NCBI GenBank assembly: GCA_023334545.1
Contig: JAADVB010000083.1
Location: 1 to 64,000 of the forward strand
Direction: 5' to 3'
DNA from: Salisapilia sapeloensis CBS 127946
Taxonomy: Eukaryota > Protista > Oomycota
DNA length: 64,000 nt
Part shown: positions 44,829-56,100 of the stretch, one piece after another
Layout: every line of letters starts with the position of its first letter
Position numbering within the stretch: the stretch's first letter is position 1
Translations under genes and position numbers: made by a program
Notes under the pieces: generated by a model
Database searches by the model: none
The model's input: only the letters and a program-made list of their open reading frames with translations
Told to the model about the DNA's origin: nothing

Positions 44829-46292
44829 TTACTTCTTTTGTTTGCGCTTCTCTCGTTTTCGCCGTTTGCGGTTCTCCTTCTGGCTTTCCGATAGATGTTT
44901 TCGCTTCTTACCACTAGTTGCCTCTTTCGACTGTCCTGTAGTAGAGGTAGAGGCACGTTCGAAGTACGCGACGAAAAATCCGTTCGTCAAATCTTCATGC
45001 CCATCCGCTCGCACGACCTTCGCAGCTTCTTCAGCTGACAGTCCTTCTACTTCCTTCCCACGTCTGGACCACGATTCTAAACAGGGCTGCAGCTTGAAAG
45101 GTCTAGTCATGTCCCGATTCGCTGCAGATGACAATGCAGCTGCCACCACTTCTTCGTCTTCTTTTGTGAAGATCGAACACGTCGAGTAGGCCACTCGTTC
45201 GACTTGAGGAAAGGAAAATGCTTTTAGTAACGCTTGTAGCTGAAATTGTGCCAATGCTTCCACTCGACTCTCGACTCCATCCGCTTCATACTCTTCCACC
45301 CCTTTCGACTTTGAACTGTCTGCACTTGCAATGTCAAGTAGATGGTCAAATCGGTTGGTCATGCCAGAGCCAGAGCAGGATGGGTCTAGTAGGATACTTC
45401 GAACGTTGGCATACTTTGCGTCATGTACATCGATCTCGAGGAAACTTTGCAGACAAGGCTCGACGCGACTCGTTGCACCCGCCTCCTCCATTCTCTGCTC
45501 TAGTAGATCTAGTCGCTTTGGGGAGCGATCGAATGCAAATACTTTTCTATCCTTATAACTTTCTCCTTTCTGAGCTAGTAGCATGGCTACGTGACTAGTT
45601 TTGTTGCCTGGAGCAGCACACGCATCGATCACATCGCCTGCATCATTCAAGTCCGACCTCTCTCCATGCAAAACGAATGCTGGGAAACAACTAGCCTTAT
45701 CTTGAAGTACTAGTTTACCTGTTTTCACAAGTGAATGGTCGTGCAAATCTGTACCAGGAGGTAGAACGATGAGGTCTTTGACATGCGCATCGTTTTCGAA
45801 CGGATAGTCCTGCTTGAATGCACTCAATTCGTCATCAGAAATCAACAAGGTGTTCACTCGGGCATATCGAGGAAGCTTAGCTCCACCTTGCAGCCCATGG
45901 CGATGAGTTTCCGGTAACAATTCTTCCGCTGTAGCGACTTTGGCCTTGATTTTCATCCGCACCAACGCTTCTCGGAGCGCATTAACATGCTTTGTCAGCT
46001 CCTTCTTCACGTATCCACCTCCTTGGATCTTTTTCTTCTGACCAAACAAGAGATCGTAGAGAGAGATGTACGTGATGGACTCCATAGGCTGTTTCTTCGT
46101 CAGTGATTGACAGGCTGGCACAGCTTCCAGCACTTGTGCTAGCAATGGCTTATAACGCAGCGTTTCGCATACAAGCTTTAAAGAGCTGCGTTTGTGAGCT
46201 ACGTCATCACTAAAGGCCAGGCTCTTGAGACCACCTTCCCGACGCTCTAGTTTCTGCAAAAGCCCTGCTGCTTCCCGATACAACTCACTCAT
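44829..46292 (-). CDS. NSUN5: NSUN5/Rcm1 large-subunit rRNA m5C methyltransferase (intronless)
   Basis: LYREAAGLL..KSL..LVCETLRY N-terminus; LPRYARVNTL; LQDKASC; DACAAPGNKT; LLDPSCSGSG (motif IV); YSTCS (motif VI); basic C-terminal tail. Confidence 0.95.
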   Translation of the reverse strand: MSELYREAAGLLQKLERREGGLKSLAFSDDVAHKRSSLKLVCETLRYKPLLAQVLEAVPACQSLTKKQPMESITYISLYDLLFGQKKKIQGGGYVKKELTKHVNALREALVRMKIKAKVATAEELLPETHRHGLQGGAKLPRYARVNTLLISDDELSAFKQDYPFENDAHVKDLIVLPPGTDLHDHSLVKTGKLVLQDKASCFPAFVLHGERSDLNDAGDVIDACAAPGNKTSHVAMLLAQKGESYKDRKVFAFDRSPKRLDLLEQRMEEAGATSRVEPCLQSFLEIDVHDAKYANVRSILLDPSCSGSGMTNRFDHLLDIASADSSKSKGVEEYEADGVESRVEALAQFQLQALLKAFSFPQVERVAYSTCSIFTKEDEEVVAAALSSAANRDMTRPFKLQPCLESWSRRGKEVEGLSAEEAAKVVRADGHEDLTNGFFVAYFERASTSTTGQSKEATSGKKRKHLSESQKENRKRRKREKRKQKK

Positions 46293-46330
46293 CTCTTGGT
46301 GTCGAGTTTAGTTGTCTGAAAGCTGTGTGT

Positions 46331-46370
46331 AAGCCAATCAAATAACTTGAACATGATTTCCAGCCAATCA
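46331..46370. promoter_or_regulatory. Twin AGCCAATCA (CCAAT) boxes 30 bp apart in a 110-bp bidirectional promoter
   Basis: AAGCCAATCA at 46331-46340 and CAGCCAATCA at 46361-46370, between the NSUN5 ATG (46292) and the ATG at 46403. Confidence 0.65.
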
Positions 46371-46402
46371 ACGCGTGCTAGGCAAAGGCGGACAGCTAAA
46401 AT

Positions 46403-47569
46403 ATGGAAGCGGTCGCGCTGAATGAGGAGCTCCGGACGGCATTCGCGCCGTTGCTACAACCGATGCGAAATGCATCCATGGATAAATTATCAGTAAAGAC
46501 ATCGTCTCTTCGATCTAGAGGGCCAGCGAAAATGTCAGAGCAATATCAAGAGCACTGTGGCCTGATGCTACGGCGCTTAAATTCATACGAGTACACGTCC
46601 AAGGAAGCATTTTGCAGCGATATAAAGACACTGCAAGATCTTGATTATGGAGATGTTCAAAAGAAAGAGCTGATTGCAGTTCTCGGTCAAGTTTTGTCGA
46701 GTACAGAAAGCAAAATGTCGACCGAGTCAACATACTTTCGAGGTATCCAGAAGCTAGGAGATGATAGATATGCGCTCACGCTCCATCTAAATGCTACACC
46801 TCTTCAGATTGGTGTATATGAATCCCATGAAGCTGCTGTAAAGGTCTATGAAGAGTATTTGAGCGAGGTACAATCGACGCCGAATGGTCTGTCCAAGTTC
46901 ATTCAGCACAGCGAAGAGGTTGCGAGGACTCGTCAGCAGCAAGATCAGGATATTCTTGACGACGCGGACAATGCATGCTACCCGCAGCTTTCATCCAGTC
47001 GCATCCTTTCGGATTTTGTCGCGATCTCTGGCAAAGAGCATCTATTTCCTCTTCCGTCGGAACCAGTGGAGACGTCACTGCCGATGACCTTCGATCGTTC
47101 CGCCGGTTCCTCTGTTTCCTACTCTGACGACGGACGGAAGAAAAAGCGTAGCTCTAGTCGAAAATCAAAAGACCGTAAAGGCTTCCTCCGTCTGCGTCGC
47201 ATCATCCAACAGCGTCTATGCCCTCACCTTGTAGACCAAGAGGTCTGCGTCTTCACTCGTCCGAATGCTCCTCCCGACGCAAATGATAAGGCTGCTTGGA
47301 AACCGACAGGACGACTGCAAGACGGCCGAGTCTTTCACTACAAGACGAAGGAAATGATCACGTTCGCAGAGTTCGTCACTCGCGAGATGGAACGCACGAC
47401 GTCTGCTTGTCCTCACATCTTCCTTCTTTCGACTAAATCAAGCATCGACACCCACTTACACGAATGCGACGCCTTTGGAGCGTACGATCGAGAGCAACTC
47501 GCGACTAACTACAAAGACTATCTACAAGAATACATGAAGGCACCTCCATCCAAACGTTCGAAGCGTTAA
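46403..47569 (+). CDS. Putative nuclear/chromatin protein with bromo-like, AP2-like and RAMA-like segments (388 aa)
   Basis: Intact 388-aa ORF; LMLRRLNSYEYTSKEAFCSDIKTL; YFRGIQKLGDDRYALTLHLNATPLQIGVYESHEAAVKVYE; NLS-like RKKKRSSSRKSK; WKPTGRLQDGRVF. Domain calls are by eye. Confidence 0.65.
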   Translation: MEAVALNEELRTAFAPLLQPMRNASMDKLSVKTSSLRSRGPAKMSEQYQEHCGLMLRRLNSYEYTSKEAFCSDIKTLQDLDYGDVQKKELIAVLGQVLSSTESKMSTESTYFRGIQKLGDDRYALTLHLNATPLQIGVYESHEAAVKVYEEYLSEVQSTPNGLSKFIQHSEEVARTRQQQDQDILDDADNACYPQLSSSRILSDFVAISGKEHLFPLPSEPVETSLPMTFDRSAGSSVSYSDDGRKKKRSSSRKSKDRKGFLRLRRIIQQRLCPHLVDQEVCVFTRPNAPPDANDKAAWKPTGRLQDGRVFHYKTKEMITFAEFVTREMERTTSACPHIFLLSTKSSIDTHLHECDAFGAYDREQLATNYKDYLQEYMKAPPSKRSKR

Positions 47570-47645
47570 TATTACGAAAAGATAAAACATGCACGTAAGA
47601 AAAAATGAAATTGATTCCCCTTTAACATGATCCGTCTCCAGCTTT

Positions 47646-50600
47646 TCACGCAAATTTCTCGCCCGTGACAGGGTCTACATCTAGCTTTCCATTCGTGCAG
47701 TTGTAGTGCACGACCTTGCCATCGGGGTAAGCAGCAAAGACAATGTCGCCAATACGCTTCTTGCAAAAGGTGCACACGGTGTTCGGGTCAATCTCAACGT
47801 TCCGACTCAGTCGATCAACGCGTTGGCATTGCACCTGAAGATTGTATACGTTCGATAGACTCTTCTTCAGATGTGCCTCACGCACATTATGCGCACTGAA
47901 CGGCAAGAGCATGGTAAAGTACTCACTCAATTTGCTCACAGGAGTCGACGGTGGCAAAGCCTGCAGCACCTTGCGTCCATCCATCTCCTTGCCATATTTC
48001 GCGAGCAATTGATAAGCAAAATCTAGGAAAGAAGCTTTCTTCGACTCGTCTGTCGCGTGGAAGAGAAGTTTGACCAGCGCTAGCAGGGCTTCATTGTCGC
48101 CAGACGTCGCCTTCTCTCCCGAAGAAGACGTTCGAGCGCCGTACTTGGCAGCATACCCCTCGGCACCGCGAAGGTCATTTAATTCGTGCACCATCGTTTG
48201 CACTGCGTCAGTATGGAAACCTCCTCGACCACAGAGGATGACAAACTCATTGTACAAGTGCGTACCTTTTACTTTCTCAAACAACGGACCGACATCGTAT
48301 CGAGAGTCATTGTCACGAAGGAAACGGATGAGTCGCTTACGAGCGTCTCCAAGTCCTCCCGTCTCTTTACCAGGATTAGACTTGGATGGCGTCTCGCCAC
48401 TTTCCACGAGCTTGAGCACTTCATCCAAGTACTCCATCGCGAGTGTCGTGTGATGCGGGTCGACGGACGACACAGGCTCCGGCACTAGTTCCTCGTCGTT
48501 ACCTTCACCCTGCAGGAACGTACTATAGCTGTCATTTACAGCTGCAGGAGGAGCCGCATTCTCCTCTTTGACATTATCCCGATCGCTCTTAACTAACGTC
48601 TCAAGGTATCGCTGGACTATCGTCGGGTCATCCGAGTGCTGTCGTAAAAACGCAGCAACTGCATTCGGCTGCAACGGCGGCTTCCGATCTGTAAAGATGC
48701 GCAGAGCCTGCTTCGGCTGTGTAGCTTTGAGGATCCATTCGGCCTGTTCAAACACAAACTCTTCCATGGTCGCAGGAGCAGCGATAAGGACATCAATTGC
48801 TGCCTCCACTGCCGTGCGTGGGACGTTTGCTTGGCGGTATTCACCCGAATGCATCGCAGCATACACATCCATGGCATCCTGCACCAAACCTTGCATAAGC
48901 AAGAGCTGTCCGAGCTCATAGTACAAGCGGTTCTTCTTCAAAAGCTCCTTGCACTCTTCATAGTCGAGCGTCGGGTTCTCCAGATCACTCAAACTGTCCT
49001 CCACCAGCGCAATCAACTCTTTCTGACGCTTAAAGTCGACGTAGAGACGGAAGAGCGCCGTGTCGACAGCTTCGTTCCGACGCGCCTCGCGAGCGCTTGC
49101 GCCGCCTTGACCTGGAGTCGAAGAGTCTCTCGTGCGAGACGAAGTGCGATTACGAGATCGTTGCTCCTTATCCTTCATGTGCCGCCGGTGTTGCGTTAAG
49201 AACCTCATCAAGGCCTTTTTACTCGAATTGTACAACGCGTCTTCATCCAAGCGTGCAACTTCCGTCGACAAAGCTGTCGTCCGCGTAGTCAGGATTTCAT
49301 GAATGACAGAGCGAATATCTGGAGCAACACTTCCGCCACGAGGGAGCACCTCGGGTTTCAAGACGTTCGGTTCAAATGCAAATGAGTCGCATTGATAGTC
49401 TGGGAAGAACGCAATGAACTCATTCGGATCCATAGCAGACTTGTACATGTGATCGCCGGCGGAATCGAATTCAAGTCTACGTAAGAGCGCAACGGTAGCT
49501 TGTCTCTGGAAGCGCTTCATCTTGCTCCGCTGCTTTTCCGTCGGCATGCTCGTAATCGACTTGCGTACGATTGTCTGAGCTTCATCGATCTGACCAGCGT
49601 CTAGTAGCTCTGCGATCTGTTCGTCCATAGGTGTCTGTTCGACCTTGACTACAGAAGAGTTCTTAGCCGAGTCGCGAATACCTACGATGATCACGTCCTC
49701 GGTATCGCCAAAAGGACGAGGCTCCATGTTGTACTTCATGCCGTTGCCAAACATGCAGCAGGCACGTGGTAGTGGGATGTTTTGGACGAGCGACTGGTCC
49801 TGCATGCTGTGGATCTCGACGCCGACACGAGGGACGAGACCGACAACGTATGGCTGCGTGTACTCGACATTAGACGGAGACTGGGACCACGTGATCGAGT
49901 TCTTGTTTCGAGGTTCTCCCTTCAAGTCGACAAAGACTCCGACGCGATCCATGACGGAAATAAGCACATCTTCATTCGGCAAGAGCTTGACGGTCGGAAA
50001 CACTTGAGGGTTTTCGATACCAGCAGCGTTAATCGGTTTGCTTTCGCCGCTTTTATCATCAACCAAGTGATAGTCTTTTCGAAGACCAACGACAATCTTG
50101 TTCCGGTACCATCCCATAGCCTCTGGAATGTCCTGTATATTGAATTCACGCAAGTACTTGTACGATTTATCAGTCGCGTGATACTGATAGATCACAATCG
50201 CCTTACGCTTAAGCTGTGCGACGCCAACACGAAAGTGTGGGGGCCCTCGCTGGTTCAGACACATGAGACGAACTTTATGCATATTGACACGAGAGAAATC
50301 AAAGTCTAGCGGCTGTAGATCCGTCGCACTGTGCGCTGTGAGCTCGCCATCGGAAATCACGAGAAGAATACGCACGTGAGGAACGGCGAGTAGCTGCTCA
50401 ATGGCACAACCATGAGGGAATTTGTACGTAGCACCAGGAGTGCTTCCACCATGGCTCTTACGTGTATCGTACATCACGAGCCGACCATCGTTCGAGCCGA
50501 TGATCACACGTGACGAGTAGTGTGTGAGGCACTCGATCCTGCCGTTGAATTCGCTTACGAGCGTCGTGGTGCGGAAGGAGGCACGAGACACAGTGGACGG

Positions 50601-50675
50601 TCCTTCATATCCGCTGCTAGCGAGACTGTCTTTGCCGATGGAGCTGTCGTCACTGATACGGGAGTCCGTCGACAT
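47646..50675 (-). CDS. VPS39: Vps39/Vam6/TGFBRAP1-family tethering subunit (CNH domain, helical repeats, C-terminal Zn-finger), intronless
   Basis: CNH motifs IECLTHYSSRVIIGSNDG and WSQSP..VEYTQPYVVG; C-terminal CTFCKKRIGDIVFAAYPDGKVVHYNC. Probable start MSTDSRIS at 50675. Vps39 versus Vps3/TGFBRAP1 orthology is not resolved. Confidence 0.85.
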   Translation of the reverse strand: MSTDSRISDDSSIGKDSLASSGYEGPSTVSRASFRTTTLVSEFNGRIECLTHYSSRVIIGSNDGRLVMYDTRKSHGGSTPGATYKFPHGCAIEQLLAVPHVRILLVISDGELTAHSATDLQPLDFDFSRVNMHKVRLMCLNQRGPPHFRVGVAQLKRKAIVIYQYHATDKSYKYLREFNIQDIPEAMGWYRNKIVVGLRKDYHLVDDKSGESKPINAAGIENPQVFPTVKLLPNEDVLISVMDRVGVFVDLKGEPRNKNSITWSQSPSNVEYTQPYVVGLVPRVGVEIHSMQDQSLVQNIPLPRACCMFGNGMKYNMEPRPFGDTEDVIIVGIRDSAKNSSVVKVEQTPMDEQIAELLDAGQIDEAQTIVRKSITSMPTEKQRSKMKRFQRQATVALLRRLEFDSAGDHMYKSAMDPNEFIAFFPDYQCDSFAFEPNVLKPEVLPRGGSVAPDIRSVIHEILTTRTTALSTEVARLDEDALYNSSKKALMRFLTQHRRHMKDKEQRSRNRTSSRTRDSSTPGQGGASAREARRNEAVDTALFRLYVDFKRQKELIALVEDSLSDLENPTLDYEECKELLKKNRLYYELGQLLLMQGLVQDAMDVYAAMHSGEYRQANVPRTAVEAAIDVLIAAPATMEEFVFEQAEWILKATQPKQALRIFTDRKPPLQPNAVAAFLRQHSDDPTIVQRYLETLVKSDRDNVKEENAAPPAAVNDSYSTFLQGEGNDEELVPEPVSSVDPHHTTLAMEYLDEVLKLVESGETPSKSNPGKETGGLGDARKRLIRFLRDNDSRYDVGPLFEKVKGTHLYNEFVILCGRGGFHTDAVQTMVHELNDLRGAEGYAAKYGARTSSSGEKATSGDNEALLALVKLLFHATDESKKASFLDFAYQLLAKYGKEMDGRKVLQALPPSTPVSKLSEYFTMLLPFSAHNVREAHLKKSLSNVYNLQVQCQRVDRLSRNVEIDPNTVCTFCKKRIGDIVFAAYPDGKVVHYNCTNGKLDVDPVTGEKFA

Positions 50676-50924
50676 GATCTCCCCTTTGTTCCGATTGCTA
50701 ATTAGGAATGACCCCCTGGGCGAGTATTGGTGGATAATGCAAATAGCGACACCAGATTGGATGAAAAGAAGATTGTTTTGTTGCAACAGACAAAAGACAC
50801 ATCCTAATCGAAGTGAAAATGACGAGTACTCGAGAGCAGGAAGAAGCGCTCGATGCGTTCCTGCAGAGTTATATAACTGCGTCAGATACTGGTCTACCTT
50901 TCGGTATGTTTCCAAAGGATATGC

Positions 50925-52296
50925 ATGGACGGAATGTCTCTAAATGATGGAGAAATTGTCCGTTTGGTAGATGAAAGCGTTGGACCGACCGCAGCACAGA
51001 CAGCGTCTTTGATGGATATGCTCGTAACGTCGTGCGAAGATGCAGCAGAAATGGTAGACAGTATGGATGTGAACGATGTGGCACAAGCGTTGAAAGTAGC
51101 TATCGGAGCGACACATGAAAGCGTCTCAGCGGTCAAACAGCAGATCACGGCAGTGGTGAATGAGCCGAACAAGATTAAAGCGCTGGCAGCAGAGCTACAG
51201 GCTTCCGATATTCCCTGGCAGAATTTGCTGGGTGAAGTATCGCATGGAGCAAATAGGTCAAATTTACTAGAAGACACGCAGTCAGAAAGTCGTCAAAACG
51301 ATGTCAGCGCTCAAATGACCCCTCACGATACTTCTGATCAGCTTGTCTTGTACACGCCAGAAGAAGAGAATGTACGTACTGCAATGGTAGTAGCAGGAAA
51401 GATGTGTTCTATCGTCGAAACTGCGCTATCCTCTGTGAGCGACAGTGAAGTAGAGTTGGCAGCTCACCTGTCGCTGGATTTAGCCCAGAGAGCACTCGAG
51501 GTATGTTTTCAGTCGTCAAGGATATGCTTCGTGTTTGTCTTAACCGTACATGCATGATTTTGGGTAGGCTGGGCAGTCTTTCTTCACGTCTTTAGGCGAT
51601 GAAAATCGACAACGCGCTCGGGACGAACGATCAGAGCGGATTACGGTTGAAGAAATGCCGGATGACAACGAACGAGCTCAAGATAAGGTTGCATGTGAAA
51701 GCAGGCAGAGGCGTAAGAAGAATACTCCGCAGCTGAAGGAGTGCCTAGATGCAGTCTACGAGTCGATACAGAAGAACGTTGCAGAGCACCCGTTCACTGC
51801 TGGCGCTCTTGCCATCCTCGGCTTTCCGTTCATCGGACTAGTGGTATAGAATGCCTGTAAAGCTCAGGTTATACACTTGTTCTAACTCAGATTCATCTCA
51901 GATTCCAATGGCAAGTGCTATCGGTGCTGCACTTCTTCTGGAGAAGCACTTCCCAGAACACTCAGCAATGACCATGGCCATGTGCGCCAATTTCCTCAAG
52001 GTACATCCTCTCTATCAGACAATGTGGTACACCTGAACCTTTCTATAACTCGGATGTTTTGCATGTAGATGATGAGACTGTGGCTGCTCGTAGTGAAAAT
52101 ATCCGCTCGACAAGCAGGTATCGTCGCGAAAGAGTCGTTCAAGTCATGGTACGAGTACGCATCCACGCACGGGTTCGTGTCCACAGGCGTGGAACTAGCA
52201 TCTACAGGCTACAGCATAGGTTGCATAGGTGTCTCAAAGCTATGCCAATCCACGCTAGATTATGCGACTGGTTCGTCGCATAGAGGAAGTGACTAG
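50925..52296 (+). CDS. Hypothetical protein with acidic helical N-terminus and hydrophobic C-terminal segments, 4 exons
   Basis: Exons join in frame over canonical GT-AG introns: ...RALE|AGQSFF...GALAILGFPFIGLV|IPMASAIGAALLL...ANFLK|MMRLWLLVV...HRGSD*. Confidence 0.7.
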
Positions 52297-52481
52297 ATAG
52301 GATTTTATATGGAAATGCTAATTCGTTGAACGCTACGTGTCTGACAAGTCTTTCCATGTGCTCATACATGGGAAGTGTCGAAAAGGATGATCCCTTCCAT
52401 GCTGGCGTTTCAACAGCGTGAAGAGCCTCCATGGTTAAACGTCAATCTTGTCTGACTGAAAGATAATAGAGGAGAAGGAAT

Positions 52482-52840
52482 ATGGGAGGCGAGATGTCAC
52501 GTATGAAAGAAGAATTGGAAGTGCTACGTTCAGAAACGACACTGAAGGAACTCAAGTACCAAAAGTCCATGGAACAGCTACAAAAGGAGAATCGGACACT
52601 TGAAAGCCAAGTTCGTCTTCTACAAGACATCGTACGTCTTGGTAGCGAGTGGGCGTAGCATTTGATTGCTCACGATATGAAACGTAGGCTGACAAAGCGC
52701 AAAAAGAAGCAGAAGAAGCTCGGAAGAGTGCAGCCGAGGAAGAAGCACGAGCGATGGCGCTCAAGTGGGAGCTCGTGCGTCGAGTGTCCAGTGGAGATTC
52801 CACTGTCCATCGATCAACAAGTGACGCAGAGAAAAAGTAA
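52482..52840 (+). CDS. Small coiled-coil protein (2 exons; 5' end uncertain)
   Basis: MGGEMSRMKEELEVLRSETTLKELKYQKSMEQLQKENRTLESQVRLLQDIVR..|..KAQKEAEEARKSAAEEEARAMALKWELVRR..AEKK*, with heptad periodicity. Confidence 0.5.
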
Positions 52841-53124
52841 GAAGACTATGTACCCCAAGCAACGTTTTGTTGATATTTCTCTAGATAGGAGCATTTGGAA
52901 TAAACTCTTGATACATGATTTGGCTTGTATTGTACAAACTGCATGACAAGTAAAGCATCGGAGCTTCTTGTGGAGGCACCATGTGATGAAACTTCGATTG
53001 AAGAGTCGCATGTGACGGTTAACATGGAATTATGTAAGTTTCGTTATCGAGCGCACATTTCGAGTGACCCTTTGGAAAGCACCGATTTAAAACCTTTGAG
53101 CTCTAGTTCGTGCGTGGGTCTATT

Positions 53125-56100
53125 ATGGACGAGGGTACTCGCGCTTGGCTACGCCAGCTAATCCCTCGTGGCCTTGGCCTTGACCCAAAGTACTTTGACT
53201 ACGTCTGGACGGCGGCATCTAATGCTCTCGACTCTGCTGAAACCGAGGTGACATCACGCTCAACATACTTCACTTGCAGTGAGATATAACTAGATACTGG
53301 CATAGAATAACGACGACGCGAAATTAGCTCCAGGAGATGTGGTCAAGTCATTCTTCAAGGCAGATACTGAAGCTGGAACGACGCTCTTCTTTGTCAAGGG
53401 TGAAAGGGTCGTAGAAATAGAAGGTAAACCTTCCATCAGTTGGCTTCTATTCTCGAGAACTTTAAAATGCTTACGTCTAACACGTATGCTTTGATTGCAG
53501 AGGAAGTAGAGGAAGAAGTGGAAGAACCGAGCGCTGCCCAAAGCAATCAAGCTGACGACGAAGCAAAGACTGAAGACATCGCTCCTGCTACTGCAGAAAC
53601 CGATACTTCTGCACCAGCTGAAAAGCCACCAACGCCTCAAAGTGATGCTGTTCAAGACGACAACATCGTTTTAGAAACTGTGGAGGAACAGTCTCCTGCC
53701 AACACGACGACTAAAACCGTCAAGCGCGTGAAACGTGAGCTCCAGCCATGCTGCGACGTACACTTGAACGCATTGACTGGATCGAGTACATCTCTTCCCT
53801 ATGTGTTTCTCGTCAAACGACAAGCCGGAGCTGTCTCTGTTGTTGCTAGTGGTGACAGCAACCAGCCAAAGCTTCGTCATGAGAATCTCGAAATCGGGTC
53901 CTCCAACGTGGATCTTTTACCTGATCTCGAGGCAGTCGTTTCCAACGTTTACCTCCCGCTTATGGCTGCTCTCTTTCCTTACGATCGTCCACATGCAACA
54001 TCGAAGCATGATGGAGAGAGCGCAGGAGTGGAAGGAGATCAAGTTGCTAGTCATAAAGTGACGGATGCAGTTCGGAATGAGTTCCGGAGTAACTTGTCAA
54101 AGTTTGCATCACAAATATCGAACACGATTCAACAGATTCAAGGCGACATTCGACTTAGTGTACCAGACATTCAACTTGGTGTCCCAGAGGAGCACGCTGA
54201 TGACCATGACATCGTCAGTTTGCTAGAGCAGACTGTAGAAGAATGGTCCAAGAGTGTGGCAAGTGTGGTGGAACATGAATCAAAGAAGACACCTAAACGT
54301 AAGGGCCCTCTAGCTGAGGTCGAGTTCTGGCGCGAAAGGAATGCTACGTTGAGTACGATCTATGAGCAAGTAAATATGCCGAACGTGCAAAAGATGCTTC
54401 GACTGCTCGAAGTTGTCGAAGCAAGCATCTTGCACACGTTCCGCTATCACTTTATAGAGCTAAGCAAGTTGTACATCGAAGCGAAGGACAATGTAAAGTT
54501 TCTTACGACGCTCGAGCGTCATTTTAAAACACTTGCGACAGGGACATTCGCGACCATCGGCGATACGCTACCATCTATGATGAATGCCATTCGAATGGTC
54601 TGGATCATCTCTCGGCATTACAATACAGACGAGCGGATGATACCTCTAATGGAGCGTATTGCGTCTGAGATTGCAGATAAAGTCGCTGCAGAAATCAATG
54701 TCCAGAGCGTGTTGCGACAGACACCAGAAGCCGCTCTGCATGCGATCGAAGAGGCTAAAACGGTGCTCGAGCTATGGTACTCGACGTATATGAAAGTTCG
54801 TGAGCGTATTGAAGCGAGTGGAACGGATCACCGCTGGGAATTTGATCGTAAACGCCTTTTCGAACAGACCAACTACATGGCACGCGTTTGTCAAAATCTG
54901 CATGAAGTTGCTACTGTACTCGACCAGTTCCAAAAGTTCCTCGGGCCAGAACTAAAGGCCGTGACGGGTGATGCCCAAGGCATTGACGACGTACTCGCAC
55001 GCGTGAATGCTCTCATCGCTCCGTTTGAAGCAGTGCCATTTCGTATTTTTGATCGGAGCTATAAAGCAAGTTGGGAGGCAGTTATGGCGCAATTCCGTGA
55101 GAAAGTGGAGGAGATTGAAGCGATGACACGTCGGTTTATAGATACTTCGTTCCAGAAACTTCGCTCTGCAGAAGGTGCCTTTGATCTTCTGCAGAACTTC
55201 CAAACGATCCAGTCTCGAGAATCGATTAATAAACAAATGATGGACAAATACGAGGACATTCTGACGCAGTACACAAGAGAGCTGGAGCGTCTGGAGGAAA
55301 TGTTTCATAGCAACAAGCATGATCCTCCTGTGTATCGGAATTATCCACCCGTGGCAGGTGCCATCAGCTGGGCAAAGGCACTCTATCTGCGTGCAAAGAA
55401 GCCTATCATTCGTTTCAAGTCCATGAGCGAGTTGCTGCAGAGTCCACACGGAGAAGAAGTAAAGGAAAAGTACTTGGTTTTTGCTCGAGCAGTGGATACG
55501 TACGTCAAGCAGCTGCATCAAGAGTGGATTGAAAAGATACCGAATCTCACGAGCGAGTGTCTTAAACAGTCGATCCTAGGACCTAGTCTTGTCGAATCTG
55601 GGAAATCCGAGACGGGTGCAACGATGTACAAACTACCACCTCCTCCCTTCTTTGCAAATTTCGCACCAGAGCTGTCGATGGTCATTAAAGAAGCCAAGTA
55701 TCTAGATCGCATGGGCTTTGAGATCCCGGAAGAAGCGTTGAACGTGACGTTACAAGAGGACAAGTATCATGAATACGTACAAGAGCTCACACGCATGTTA
55801 AGTCAGTACGATTCGTTATTATCAGCTCTATCTCCTGTCGAAACCCACTTGCTACAGTCACAGCTAAAGGATTTGGGTGACGTCTTGCGTGTTGGCTTCT
55901 CGCCACTTAACTGGAACTCTCAACGCGTGTTGAGCTTTATTGAAAATTGCAACAAAGCTTTAAATCAATTTTCGAACCTTGTGAGTCAAATTCACAAGAG
56001 CAGCAAGATGATTGACGAAGTCGTCAGCGGGATTGAAAATGCACTTTTGATTAAAATAGATGATTTTGAAGCGGGCGTCGTCACGGAAGTGAGTGAGTTC

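Noticed and set aside
52202-52432. Minus-strand 76-aa ORF (MEALHAVETPAWKG...)
   Set aside because: It overlaps the last exon of the plus-strand gene in antisense, has no recognisable motif, and has no other support.
53018-53030. GTTAACATGGAAT, X-box-like motif about 100 bp upstream of the axonemal dynein ATG
   Set aside because: Imperfect match, and RFX factors are known mainly from opisthokonts/amoebozoans, so coincidence is more likely. Enrichment upstream of other flagellar genes would be needed.
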